This document shows, one piece after another, positions 47,599 to 57,472 of a stretch of DNA of 64,000 bases. A program made the position numbers and the translations under genes. The notes beneath the pieces are model-generated. The model did no database searches. It was given only the letters and a program-made list of their open reading frames with translations, and had not been told where the DNA came from. The first letter of the stretch is position 1, and each line of letters starts with the position of its first letter. This DNA comes from an uncultured Bacteroidaceae bacterium (GTDB lineage Bacteria; Bacteroidota; Bacteroidia; Bacteroidales; GCA-2748055): contig CAZIFQ010000003.1 of NCBI GenBank assembly GCA_964538375.1, positions 130,439-194,438 of the forward strand, given 5' to 3'.

Positions 47599-50500
47599 CT
47601 ATTTTGAGACTACAACCCTGAATGGCTCCATAAGTCCATAATCCAGCAAATCATAATTTACCCCGGACGGTTGATCCTCAGGTGCATATTTAAAACTCCA
47701 TGGAGTCACAATCCCGTTTCTTCTTGAATGATGTGGTCCAAGCAAATTTTTCAATGATCCGATAACTGTCACTGTAATTGTATTCTCTCCCCGTTTGATA
47801 TATTTATCAATTCTTAATTCACCTGGAGAAGCAAATATCTGCCCTGCCTTTTTGCTATTAACTGTAACGGTAGCAACAGTTCCCTGCCAATCCGGTAAAA
47901 CAACTTTTGCTAAGCCCCGACCATCAATTTCGACACTGGCCGTATATTCCATTTTATCATAGTAAAACGGATATCCCTGGTCCTTCCAGGAACCAATTTC
48001 CATGCCCGCTTTCTCTCCGATTATCCATCCCTTATCCAAAGCCAGGACATTGAAATCACCTAAAAGATAGACAGGTTCAAGTTCAATGTAGACTGACATT
48101 GGGGAAGCTCTAAGAATAACTCTATTATCTCCATTTTGAACACTCTTGCTAATGTCAAACACTGCAAAAGATTTATCAAGCCACCACTCTCCTGGCAGTG
48201 GCTCGAGCAAGACTTCATTCAACAACACTTCATATAATTCTGCTCTTTCAACTACCAATTTAATTGGAACATTTCCTGGTTTTATGTCAAACCTAAAAGG
48301 AAACTGCACTTCAAATCCGGAGTTAGTTCCGAAAGTATCCCGATCAATTATTTCTGTCTTAAACTGGGAAGAAGAGACCCATGGATTTGTAGGAAATCCG
48401 TGTGCATTGAAGATCTTTGTCTGTGCGTTATAAAAGTATATCAAACCCGTGGTATCCTCTTTCATAGTTAAATAGCAGTAGTCGAGATTCATCACGTTTT
48501 GCATATCAGGATTTACCTTCAACATACTTATTTCAATGTCTGTCTCAATCCCTCTCCATTTTTTAATCCTGGTTCTCCGGGCATTTATCTCCTCATTGCT
48601 GATATAGAGTAGCAAACTCCCTCCCGGGGGAATTGAGGCAGCAAAACTTATAATATCAGAGGTCACTACACAAGGGAAATTTTCGATTTCGCCTGTAAAA
48701 AGATTCATCTTTACAACATCATTTCCCTGCAAAACCATTCGGGTTTTGCATGTTTCAAATTTATCGGAATTTACAAGGAATAGTATTTGTCCATCTTCAA
48801 GAATACGCCTGTGATGGAACAGTTTGCCTCCCTCTTGTTCTACAAGGATAAATTCATCTGATAATAAATAGTTGACGCACCTGGGATCATTCGATCCATT
48901 TATTGATATCCACTCTTCAGGAAACTTATCCGGCCATTCGGTACACCTTTCTGTTTCAACACCATCAATATATAAAGGCGGACTACCCAATGAAAGAACT
49001 GTTCCTCCATTTAACAAAAAAGCTTCAATTAAGTCTGCCGTGCTTTTGTTGATGTTATGCATAAATTCAGGAAAAACTACATAGGTGTACTGTTGCTCTC
49101 CCACCTCAAATTTTCCATTTTCAACTGCACCATAATCTCTGATAATATTCTCAGAACCAAGATCATATTCTACTTGCTCCTCTTCCATCCTATCAAGCAA
49201 AGCAACAAACTCCTTATTCAAGTGCTCAATGGTGGTATTTTTCTCATCAAGCGCATAGTACATCCATGCAGTAGTAGTAGGTTCTATTATCAAAACACGA
49301 TTCTTTTGGACACCTGAAGAGAGAGCCAAAGACAAACGGGCAAAATAATCTGCCAACGAATTATACTCCTCCCACCAGGGTGTGTGATAAGAAAATGATT
49401 GCGGAAAATCGTGTTTCCTGTCCCCCATGATAGTACCATACGAGAGATGCTGGGTCATCATGTTAACACCCAGCGCATACTCCCAGTCACCATTCCTCTT
49501 CATATCATCGAATGTTAACTCCCATCCCGATGCTCCATATGTTTCACTCAGTTTCCTCTCTCTTCCCAACTGGTTTCCAACGCTGTTCAATTCACGAACG
49601 GCCCTGATGTTCCCAAATTGATCATTTCGTTCACCCATAGTATTAAACAACATATCAATTCCCGGTACCTGGTGCCATGCGTACATAGCCATATTATCAG
49701 GGCCCTGATTTGGTGAGGGCCAGTCGTGTTCCCAGTAATGACCTGTCCATGATAAATTCTGCTTTTCGGTATATTCATACCATGGTTTCGACCATCGATC
49801 AATAAATAGTTCCAGTAAAAGCTGGTAATAATTGTGTCTTACAGTCTTGTAGTCTCCTTCATTTTCAACAAGTGAAACAAGGTGTGGCTCGAGCCGATAC
49901 CCCCATCTCTCCTCATATTGCTCATACAGATCTGCTGTCCATCGAATCAATGAGGAGCCACCCTGTGGGGCTATATTGGGCTCGTCTGTAAATATACCCG
50001 GAACAGTGTTCCCAAATTCCATTCCCACCTCTTTTTCATATCCGGTCATCGTTACTTCAATAAATTTCTCAGTTACACCGGGCTTAATCAAATCTACATA
50101 TGAATACCCTGCATACCATTCTGAATTTGGAAAATATATCTTTTCATACAGTAAAAAATCACCCTTCTTACCTGTCAAACTATCTACCTTCTCAGTAACT
50201 TCAATATGCCCCTTGAAGATATGCAGATACTCCTTTGTTGTGTCAGGTTTCAGAATAGTCTGACGATGAAGTTTTAATGCCTGCCCCTCATTATATGAAG
50301 AAGGCATAGCAGCGGCAACCAATCCCCCACCAAAGCCACTTGGAAATGAATTCTCATCATATAGCCAGAGTTGCATGTCCATAGAGCGTGCCTTTTTCAT
50401 GGCATATTTTACCAGCTCATACCACTCTTCAGAAGCATACTCAGTAATCAATCCATACCGGGGATGCACAAATACACCACCGAATCCACGCAAACTAAAA

Positions 50501-50685
50501 TCTTCCAGCTGCTCATCAATCATTTTCTCTGTAATCACACCATTCCATACCCAGAATGGCATAGTTTTATATGCTGCAGGTGGAGTTTCAAATTCCTTTT
50601 TTAGATTATTAAATCCATCTCCGCTATTGCATGCTGTCATCAGGAGGAAAAAAACAGCGACTCCAAAAATCTTAAATATCTTCAT
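47599..50685 (-). CDS. GH106-like (alpha-L-rhamnosidase family) glycoside hydrolase lipoprotein
   Basis: Lipobox MTAC; PFWVWNG, GFGGVFVHPR, LYDENSFPSG, IFTDEP, PGIDML, LSETYG, HDFPQSF. Confidence 0.8.
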   Translation of the reverse strand: MKIFKIFGVAVFFLLMTACNSGDGFNNLKKEFETPPAAYKTMPFWVWNGVITEKMIDEQLEDFSLRGFGGVFVHPRYGLITEYASEEWYELVKYAMKKARSMDMQLWLYDENSFPSGFGGGLVAAAMPSSYNEGQALKLHRQTILKPDTTKEYLHIFKGHIEVTEKVDSLTGKKGDFLLYEKIYFPNSEWYAGYSYVDLIKPGVTEKFIEVTMTGYEKEVGMEFGNTVPGIFTDEPNIAPQGGSSLIRWTADLYEQYEERWGYRLEPHLVSLVENEGDYKTVRHNYYQLLLELFIDRWSKPWYEYTEKQNLSWTGHYWEHDWPSPNQGPDNMAMYAWHQVPGIDMLFNTMGERNDQFGNIRAVRELNSVGNQLGRERKLSETYGASGWELTFDDMKRNGDWEYALGVNMMTQHLSYGTIMGDRKHDFPQSFSYHTPWWEEYNSLADYFARLSLALSSGVQKNRVLIIEPTTTAWMYYALDEKNTTIEHLNKEFVALLDRMEEEQVEYDLGSENIIRDYGAVENGKFEVGEQQYTYVVFPEFMHNINKSTADLIEAFLLNGGTVLSLGSPPLYIDGVETERCTEWPDKFPEEWISINGSNDPRCVNYLLSDEFILVEQEGGKLFHHRRILEDGQILFLVNSDKFETCKTRMVLQGNDVVKMNLFTGEIENFPCVVTSDIISFAASIPPGGSLLLYISNEEINARRTRIKKWRGIETDIEISMLKVNPDMQNVMNLDYCYLTMKEDTTGLIYFYNAQTKIFNAHGFPTNPWVSSSQFKTEIIDRDTFGTNSGFEVQFPFRFDIKPGNVPIKLVVERAELYEVLLNEVLLEPLPGEWWLDKSFAVFDISKSVQNGDNRVILRASPMSVYIELEPVYLLGDFNVLALDKGWIIGEKAGMEIGSWKDQGYPFYYDKMEYTASVEIDGRGLAKVVLPDWQGTVATVTVNSKKAGQIFASPGELRIDKYIKRGENTITVTVIGSLKNLLGPHHSRRNGIVTPWSFKYAPEDQPSGVNYDLLDYGLMEPFRVVVSK

Positions 50686-50800
50686 AATTCAGCAAGTTAA
50701 AAGCTACCTGATTCGACACTTATGATCCATAACTGCCAATCTTAATATCTCAATCAGGATAAATATTGTAAGTTTTATCAACTGAAGTTCTTAAGAGATT

Positions 50801-52339
50801 TTACCTCTCGCCACGAACAGCACCTACATCTCTTGGCTCACAAAACCATACGAGCTTCTCCTCAACAGTTAATGTATCAATGAAAGTTAAATCTCCAGGA
50901 TAAGTATCAGTAAATATTTCTATCATCTTCTTCTGCAGCGAAGTTAAAATAATCTCATTTCCCTGTAGATTAGCTATATTGGTAGTCTCATGAGGATCAT
51001 TATCCAGGTCATATAATCTGTGTAATATGCCAGATGGACCATAGCCAGTCTGATAACCCTGTCCAAGGTCATACAAGCCAGTGGTGAAAATATATTTCCA
51101 TTTGCCATCCGTAACCATGGCTTTGTTGTCCTCTAAAAACTCAGCAAATACATATTCATCTTCAAAGCAGCACTTCTTCTCAAAAAGATACTCCCTGCTC
51201 CTGCCCTGCACTGTTTCCAATTCAGGAAGATCAAGAAGATCAAGGATGGTCGGAACCACGTCAATGAATTGCACCAATGACTCAACTGATTTAACTTTTC
51301 TCTTCTTATCGCCCACTCGAAAAATGAGGGGTGCCTTGATGGCCGGATCCCACATCGTATGCTTTTCAAATCGCTTATGATCCCCAAGAAGGTATCCCTG
51401 GTCACCCAGGTAAACCACAAGGGTGGATTCTTTCAGGCCTTCTTCATCAAGTGCATTGAGAATCTTCCCTACTTGCTGATCCATATATTCAACAGAAGTA
51501 TAATAAGATGCAATAATCCCTTGCTTGTCACTGTCACTTAATCCCCTGAAAATTTCCGGGACAAAGCGATCATCCTCAGGGCTGCCTGTTGGCAAAGAAA
51601 TTTCCCCGGGATTGTATCTTCCGGCATATTCGACGGGGAAGTTAAATGGTGAATGCGGTTCATGAAATCCTACCCAGAGAAAAAAGGAAGTATCCTTATT
51701 TGATTTAAGAAATTCAATGGCCTTCATAGCATCATATGCTGCAGGTCCATAAGCTTCATGGAAAGCAGTTGGCAATACATCAGCGTTCAACCAGATTCTT
51801 GCAGAATCAACAAATGGTCGCCACACTCCCAGTGTCGGAATAGAATCAGATATTTCGGGCATCTCCTGCGCTGCAAACCAAAGTTTATAATCTTTATTGG
51901 TTATATTGTGGGAGAATCCATGATCAGGTACCGGGGCTACCCAATTGTTGAAATGTGTCTTCCCTACAACTCCAGTTGAATAAGATAAAGCTCTAAGGTG
52001 CTCAGCAATAGTCACATTTTTTTCATCATTAAATGGTGTGTGTAACAAATTCACACCCGTTGCATGAGGATATTTTCCGGTTAACAGAGATTGCCGTGAT
52101 GCACTGCAGACAGGAGCATTGGAGTATGCATTTGTAAAGATCACTCCCTCCGCAGCAAGCTTATCCAGATTTGGAGTTCTTACAATATCATTTCCGTAGC
52201 ATCTGAGGGCGCTTGCCGAGTGATCATCTCCAACAATCACCAGGACATTTTTAATAGGAATTTCTTCTGCCTTCTGGTCACATCCTGTAAAAGATATTAT
52301 CAGAGTCGCAACAAACGTCAATTTATAAATTTGATTCAT
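50801..52339 (-). CDS. Formylglycine-dependent sulfatase (S1), lipoprotein
   Basis: Lipobox FTGC; NVLVIVGDDH, RTPNLDKLA, CSASRQSLLTG, GKTH, GFHEPHSP, GDQGY..GDH, LYDLDNDPHE. Confidence 0.92.
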   Translation of the reverse strand: MNQIYKLTFVATLIISFTGCDQKAEEIPIKNVLVIVGDDHSASALRCYGNDIVRTPNLDKLAAEGVIFTNAYSNAPVCSASRQSLLTGKYPHATGVNLLHTPFNDEKNVTIAEHLRALSYSTGVVGKTHFNNWVAPVPDHGFSHNITNKDYKLWFAAQEMPEISDSIPTLGVWRPFVDSARIWLNADVLPTAFHEAYGPAAYDAMKAIEFLKSNKDTSFFLWVGFHEPHSPFNFPVEYAGRYNPGEISLPTGSPEDDRFVPEIFRGLSDSDKQGIIASYYTSVEYMDQQVGKILNALDEEGLKESTLVVYLGDQGYLLGDHKRFEKHTMWDPAIKAPLIFRVGDKKRKVKSVESLVQFIDVVPTILDLLDLPELETVQGRSREYLFEKKCCFEDEYVFAEFLEDNKAMVTDGKWKYIFTTGLYDLGQGYQTGYGPSGILHRLYDLDNDPHETTNIANLQGNEIILTSLQKKMIEIFTDTYPGDLTFIDTLTVEEKLVWFCEPRDVGAVRGER

Positions 52340-52453
52340 TGATTATTAGCTTAATGAAGGTAAAAATACTGTTTTCAGCAGATTAAAAAAAGTATGCTAA
52401 TATTTTCCTGAATATGGCTATCTTGTTTGCATATAAACCTAAACCGAAAAAAG

Positions 52454-53137
52454 ATGAAAAAAGCATTTTTTAGGATAGCAGCTGTAATAATTGTGTCTTT
52501 ACTCTTGCAGTCATGTTTTGAGATAAAGGAGATTATTAAAATCAATAAAGACGGATCTGGAACCTTTTCCATGGTTGTTGATATGAGCGAATTTAAAGTA
52601 ATGCTGGAAAGCTTCAGCGAGGAAGATGAAAATGTAGCTGAAAGTCCCCTGGCTGAAGAAGAACAAGAATATGAAGCTACTAAGTCCAGGCTGGAAGTAA
52701 TCGAAGGAATATCAAATATCACCTTCCTTACAGAAAATGATGGCTATATGATCACCACAAGTTTTGATTTTGCCAATCCTGAAGCCCTGAACAAAGGTAT
52801 GAATGTGGTCTATGAAGATGAAAATGCCTTTGGAGAGTATACCCTTTATTATAAGTTCAAAAAGAAGAATTTTGAACGAACAGCAGCAAACAACATGCTA
52901 AAAGATCTTGAAAGTGAGATGAATTCTGATGAATTAGACACTGAAGATATTGATCTTTCTGAAATTTTTTCAGACGTGGCCTTTGTTAACGAGGTAACTT
53001 TTACTGACCGCAAGATAAAAAAGAGCAGTTCCGAAGCTATTGAGATCTCCGAAGATGGCTCAACTATGACCTTGAAAAGATATATCTTCAGAGAAGACGA
53101 TGATAAGTCAATGGATTATAAGCTCAAGCTTAAGTAA
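52454..53137 (+). CDS. Hypothetical lipoprotein
   Basis: Lipobox LQSC followed by FEIKEIIKINKDGSG; acidic. Start moved from 52427. Confidence 0.75.
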   Translation: MKKAFFRIAAVIIVSLLLQSCFEIKEIIKINKDGSGTFSMVVDMSEFKVMLESFSEEDENVAESPLAEEEQEYEATKSRLEVIEGISNITFLTENDGYMITTSFDFANPEALNKGMNVVYEDENAFGEYTLYYKFKKKNFERTAANNMLKDLESEMNSDELDTEDIDLSEIFSDVAFVNEVTFTDRKIKKSSSEAIEISEDGSTMTLKRYIFREDDDKSMDYKLKLK

Positions 53138-53682
53138 TCCTGCGAGGAAAGTAGAAGGCAGTGAGCATAAAATTCGGTTCGTCTAACCACCGGGGCCATC
53201 GAGATTGTACTAAGCAATTTCTGAATCTGACTTTCATGTTCCTGGTAACATTCTTCAGGACATTTAAATCGAATGAGATACATACCCTCATCAGTTGGCA
53301 TGGCTATTAACATAACCTTAAATGGACGACGCATTTCAGAAAATATGGCGCAAATACCAAAAGCATGGTGATTATCCAGAACTGTAGCAAATGGTCCCTC
53401 ACCTGTAATCAGCCCATCCTGGCATACTTCTGAACGAAGATATTCCAAAACGGGTTTATCGGTATGAGAGAACCACAGCTTCATGTGCATATTGTTGTTT
53501 TGATTAACCAGCTCATATTCCATTTTTTCGCCTGGATGAAACACCGGAGTCCAATTGGGTGAAGCTGTAAATTGTATACCAAGAGTAGGATGTTGATAAA
53601 CGATTTCGTCCTGTGCCTGAAGTGCGAATGAAACTGATACAAATAGCAGTACTAAAAATAAATATTTAATCAAGTTTTTCAT
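53116..53682 (-). CDS. Hypothetical secreted protein (possibly PsbP/DcrB-like fold)
   Basis: Signal peptide; YQHPTLGIQFTASPNW start resembles PsbP-like domains. Confidence 0.55.
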   Translation of the reverse strand: MKNLIKYLFLVLLFVSVSFALQAQDEIVYQHPTLGIQFTASPNWTPVFHPGEKMEYELVNQNNNMHMKLWFSHTDKPVLEYLRSEVCQDGLITGEGPFATVLDNHHAFGICAIFSEMRRPFKVMLIAMPTDEGMYLIRFKCPEECYQEHESQIQKLLSTISMAPVVRRTEFYAHCLLLSSQDYLSLSL

Positions 53683-53890
53683 CCTTACTCCTCCTTCCTT
53701 ATTTATTTATCACAATATACAACAGAAACAATCATAATTCTCATTTTCAGCTACTTAATAAGGGAAATGCGTGTTAGAAGGGTTGAAATGCAGCTTATTG
53801 ACTGTGAAAGGCCTAAATTCAAAAAAGGTGTTCATTCCCATGCTGATTTTGTACCTTAATTCTCTCTATCTTTATAGCAAGAATTTAGCT

Positions 53891-54838
53891 ATGAATAAAC
53901 ACATATTTTTTGCAACACTGTCAATACTCTTAATTTCACAATCCGGCTGTATAGAAAAACAAGCATTGCTTCCAGGTGAAAGATATGTAGAAGTGAGCGG
54001 CGGCAAGATATGGTATCACATCATTGGAGAGGGACCAGCACTTCCACTTCTCATGCTTCATGGCGGGCCGGGTGGCACTAGCAATTCAATGTATATGCTT
54101 GCTGAACTAAGCGAAGACCGGCCCATTATCATATTCGATCAGTTAGGAACAGGTAAATCTGGACTTTTGACAGATACCTCCTTAATGGAGATTGACTATT
54201 TTGTTGATCAGCTGCATGAATTTACTGCGGCACTTGGTCTAAGAAAGTATTATATTTTTGGACATTCATGGGGATGCATGCTTGGACTCGATTACTACCT
54301 TGAATATCCAAAAGGAATCAAGGGACTGGTATTAAATAGCCCACTGGTCAGCACTGAAAGATGGATACATGATACTGATACACTGATTGCCACCTTGCCG
54401 GATTCCATTCAACAAATAATTGAGGTGCATGAAATGAACGGGACTTTTGACTCACGAGAATATCAATATGCAAATTATGTGTTCTACCGGAATTTTATTG
54501 TGAGAAAATCCAGAATCCCCAACACTTATGATATTGCACCTTCAAAAGGAAACGACGTCATTTATGAATACATGTGGGGGCCAAGTGAGTTTACAGCCAC
54601 TGGCACGCTTAAAAATTATGACCGGATCGACCGTTTGGATGAAATAAAGATTCCTACTCTCTTCGTGACAGGGGAATATGACGAAGCCCGTCCAGCAACC
54701 GTCAAATACTATTCAACTTTAACTCCCCATAGTGAATTTGAGATAATAGAAGATGCCGGTCATGGTACCATGCATGATAACCAGGAGCAAAATGTAAGAG
54801 TGATTGCTGATTTTTTTTTAAGTATAGAAGAAGACTAA
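53891..54838 (+). CDS. Proline iminopeptidase-family alpha/beta hydrolase (lipoprotein)
   Basis: LHGGPGG, DQLGTGKS, GHSWGCML, MWGPSEF, GEYDEA, HDN. Start moved from 53771. Confidence 0.92.
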   Translation: MNKHIFFATLSILLISQSGCIEKQALLPGERYVEVSGGKIWYHIIGEGPALPLLMLHGGPGGTSNSMYMLAELSEDRPIIIFDQLGTGKSGLLTDTSLMEIDYFVDQLHEFTAALGLRKYYIFGHSWGCMLGLDYYLEYPKGIKGLVLNSPLVSTERWIHDTDTLIATLPDSIQQIIEVHEMNGTFDSREYQYANYVFYRNFIVRKSRIPNTYDIAPSKGNDVIYEYMWGPSEFTATGTLKNYDRIDRLDEIKIPTLFVTGEYDEARPATVKYYSTLTPHSEFEIIEDAGHGTMHDNQEQNVRVIADFFLSIEED

Positions 54839-54859
54839 ATAGCTTCAGATACTATGTAA

Positions 54860-55381
54860 TCAAAGAAAAGAAAACTTCAGTCCGTACTGAATATCAAAAA
54901 AGCTGTTGATCGAACTTATCTCTGCATAACCCGGAGACGTAAAATACCGAAGTTCAACAAACAGGCCTACTAAGGCACCGTTCTTAAAATGGTAGTAAAC
55001 TGTATTTTCCTCAGCAAAACCCATCATATATAATCCAGTAGGATAAAAAAAAGCGAACCCATGTTGTGTAGTCAAGCCGACTGTTAAGCTAAGCTTATCA
55101 CCCGGCAGATCAATTGGACGAAAAGCTCCCATGGAGCTACTCAGATAATTCCCGATACCGTTTGCTCCAAGCTCTGCCCCAATTTTTGCCTTATAGAGGT
55201 CATATATTTTGAAAACTGCATGTGCCCTGAGTGAAGCACCATTTCCTCCCGGATCAAATCCGGCACTGTGGCTGAAAATGCGATTGTTTCTCGACACAGT
55301 TAGTTCTACCCCATCAAATTGTGCATCCACAGTTGAAAAGATACCCAGCAACAAAACAATATATAAACTCCTTATTCCCAT
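54860..55381 (-). CDS. Hypothetical outer-membrane beta-barrel-like protein
   Basis: Signal peptide, alternating beta-strand pattern, C-terminal YGLKFSF-like aromatic end. Confidence 0.55.
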   Translation of the reverse strand: MGIRSLYIVLLLGIFSTVDAQFDGVELTVSRNNRIFSHSAGFDPGGNGASLRAHAVFKIYDLYKAKIGAELGANGIGNYLSSSMGAFRPIDLPGDKLSLTVGLTTQHGFAFFYPTGLYMMGFAEENTVYYHFKNGALVGLFVELRYFTSPGYAEISSINSFFDIQYGLKFSFL

Positions 55382-56124
55382 AAGGCATCAAAGTATTTTA
55401 TCATAAGTGAGATCATTTCCTCCTGTTGTTCTTCCCGTGAAATATCTGCATCATTGTCACCCTCCTGGAAACCATAGCATCCAAATCCGGAATGATTGCC
55501 TCCATTGATCCTGTAGTAGCATGTTTGATTGGATGAAAGAACAATAGAATCTGCTGCTGTTAATTCAACTGCTTCCGGCAGATACTGCTTGTTTGCAGCG
55601 ATCTCCTCCGTAGTAGCCAAGCCATCATTCGAAGCATATATGCTCAATACATTTCCATCCCATTCAGCTAAGCTTTTTGATTCGGTTGCCCATGAAGCCA
55701 TTAGCACCAATCCGTCAAAGCTGTCTGGTTTATCACTAAGCGCAAACACAGAAACAACTCCTCCAAGACTATGGCCTCCGATAGTCCAGTGCTGAATCTC
55801 ACTAAAATGACTCATCACTTTTCCCACTTTTCCCATATTCACAATAGCCAGGTTGGAGGGGACTTTGATTTGAATGATTGCAATCTCAGGATACCTGTTT
55901 ACGAGCTCAGTCATCCAGCACAGGTATACATGTGGATCAACAAATCCACCAGGTACAAATAAAAATGCATTATCAGGAAGGATGTCGCTTGAAGAAATCA
56001 GGATATAATCCCCGGTTTCCTCTTTAATCACATCATAGTTTACCTTGTCCAAATCTTCCGGCAAATAACTGCAAGCTGAAAGGAAGAGGACTAGAAAAAA
56101 AAATACCGGATGGAATCGGATCAT
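55372..56124 (-). CDS. Alpha/beta hydrolase (Abhydrolase_5-like) lipoprotein
   Basis: Lipobox LSAC; FVPGG, GGHSLGG, NDGLAT, GGNHSGFGCYG.Q.GD. Confidence 0.85.
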   Translation of the reverse strand: MIRFHPVFFFLVLFLSACSYLPEDLDKVNYDVIKEETGDYILISSSDILPDNAFLFVPGGFVDPHVYLCWMTELVNRYPEIAIIQIKVPSNLAIVNMGKVGKVMSHFSEIQHWTIGGHSLGGVVSVFALSDKPDSFDGLVLMASWATESKSLAEWDGNVLSIYASNDGLATTEEIAANKQYLPEAVELTAADSIVLSSNQTCYYRINGGNHSGFGCYGFQEGDNDADISREEQQEEMISLMIKYFDALWE

Positions 56125-56298
56125 TGTAGAAAAAGGTTTTCAACAGTATATACAACTTCAGGATTCGAATTTATAAAAATCCGCCAAGAAATAAGCTGAT
56201 ATACCACTCCTCATTACTATGCTCAAAAATATCCTGTTTATGCTTGACAAGACCCCTTAGATTTCGTATATTAAGAGAGGTGCAGAATTTGATGCTGG

Positions 56299-57363
56299 AT
56301 GAAAAATATAACAGGTATACTACTCATTGTCCTGTTACTTGTATGCACAACAGGATCAAGCGATCAAATATCTAATTATCAAGATACTGAATGCAGGAGA
56401 GAACATTTGTCTACACCTGAACCTGGCACCTGTCTAAAGCAGGATGCATACAGGATACTTCAGATCATTGAGAATATCCGTGCCAACCCACTGGAGAAAA
56501 AAAAATACGACAAGATTTTTGATTTGGTGAAGCCGAAGGTATACCATGTCCTGGATACCGTTATCAGGGAAGATTCACTTGGGGTTCCCCTACGAATCTA
56601 TTATCCTAATAAAAAAAGCATGCGGGAAACCTATCCCATTGTCTTTTATATTCATGGCGGTGCCTTTATGTATGGAGATATAGAAAAGTACGACCTGCTC
56701 GCAAAGAAAATTTCTCTTGCAACAAAATCTATTGTATCATCCGTTGAGTACCGGCTCGCACCTGATCACCCCTTCCCCGCAGCAATTGATGATTCCTATT
56801 GTGCCCTGGAATGGGTTGCCAATCATGCAGAAGACCTGGGAGGATCAAAAAATGGAATATGTGTTATGGGAAGCAGTGCCGGTGGTAACATTGCAACAGT
56901 CCTGACACTTAAAAGCAGAGAGAAAGGATATCCAAACATTGCTTGCCAGGTATTGTACTATCCGTGCACAACATTTGAAGAAACTGAATTTCCGTCTAGA
57001 CTATTTTTCCTGTGCGATTCTACCAGGTCCTATATGCTTACCGAGGAAGTTTTAAGAAAATGTAGAACAGCATATTTGGGACCCAATTCAGATATTCATG
57101 ATCCTTTTCTCTCTCCACTCGCAGCAAAGCTGGATTCTGAATTACCCCCCGCATTAATCTTCACCGCCCAATGTGATCCTCTGCGCGATGAAGCAAAGCT
57201 CTATGCCAGGGAATTAGCAAAAGCCGGGGTTGAAGTAAACTACACAGAATACGAAGGAAGTATACATGGTTTCCTGAGTTTCTACATGGTCCTCGATGAA
57301 GGGAAAAAATCTTTAAGAGAAAGCAGAGATTTCATACATGATCATGCAGACCTTCAGAAATAG
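56299..57363 (+). CDS. HSL-family esterase/lipase (Abhydrolase_3)
   Basis: HGGAF, EYRLAPDHPFP, GSSAGG, DPLRDE, HGF. Confidence 0.92.
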   Translation: MKNITGILLIVLLLVCTTGSSDQISNYQDTECRREHLSTPEPGTCLKQDAYRILQIIENIRANPLEKKKYDKIFDLVKPKVYHVLDTVIREDSLGVPLRIYYPNKKSMRETYPIVFYIHGGAFMYGDIEKYDLLAKKISLATKSIVSSVEYRLAPDHPFPAAIDDSYCALEWVANHAEDLGGSKNGICVMGSSAGGNIATVLTLKSREKGYPNIACQVLYYPCTTFEETEFPSRLFFLCDSTRSYMLTEEVLRKCRTAYLGPNSDIHDPFLSPLAAKLDSELPPALIFTAQCDPLRDEAKLYARELAKAGVEVNYTEYEGSIHGFLSFYMVLDEGKKSLRESRDFIHDHADLQK

Positions 57364-57472
57364 CACCGGGAACCGGGCACTCATAAACGTCTGCTTAACG
57401 ACAGCTATTAATTAATAGTCATCCCTGTGAATACTATTTTTTCTATCTTTAGATTTGCTATGGAATGATACT

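Noticed and set aside
53750-53830. AGGGAA...CTGTGAA resembling part of a cobalamin riboswitch
   Set aside because: No B12 box (GCCACTG...GGGAAG), no convincing helices, and the downstream gene is unrelated to B12
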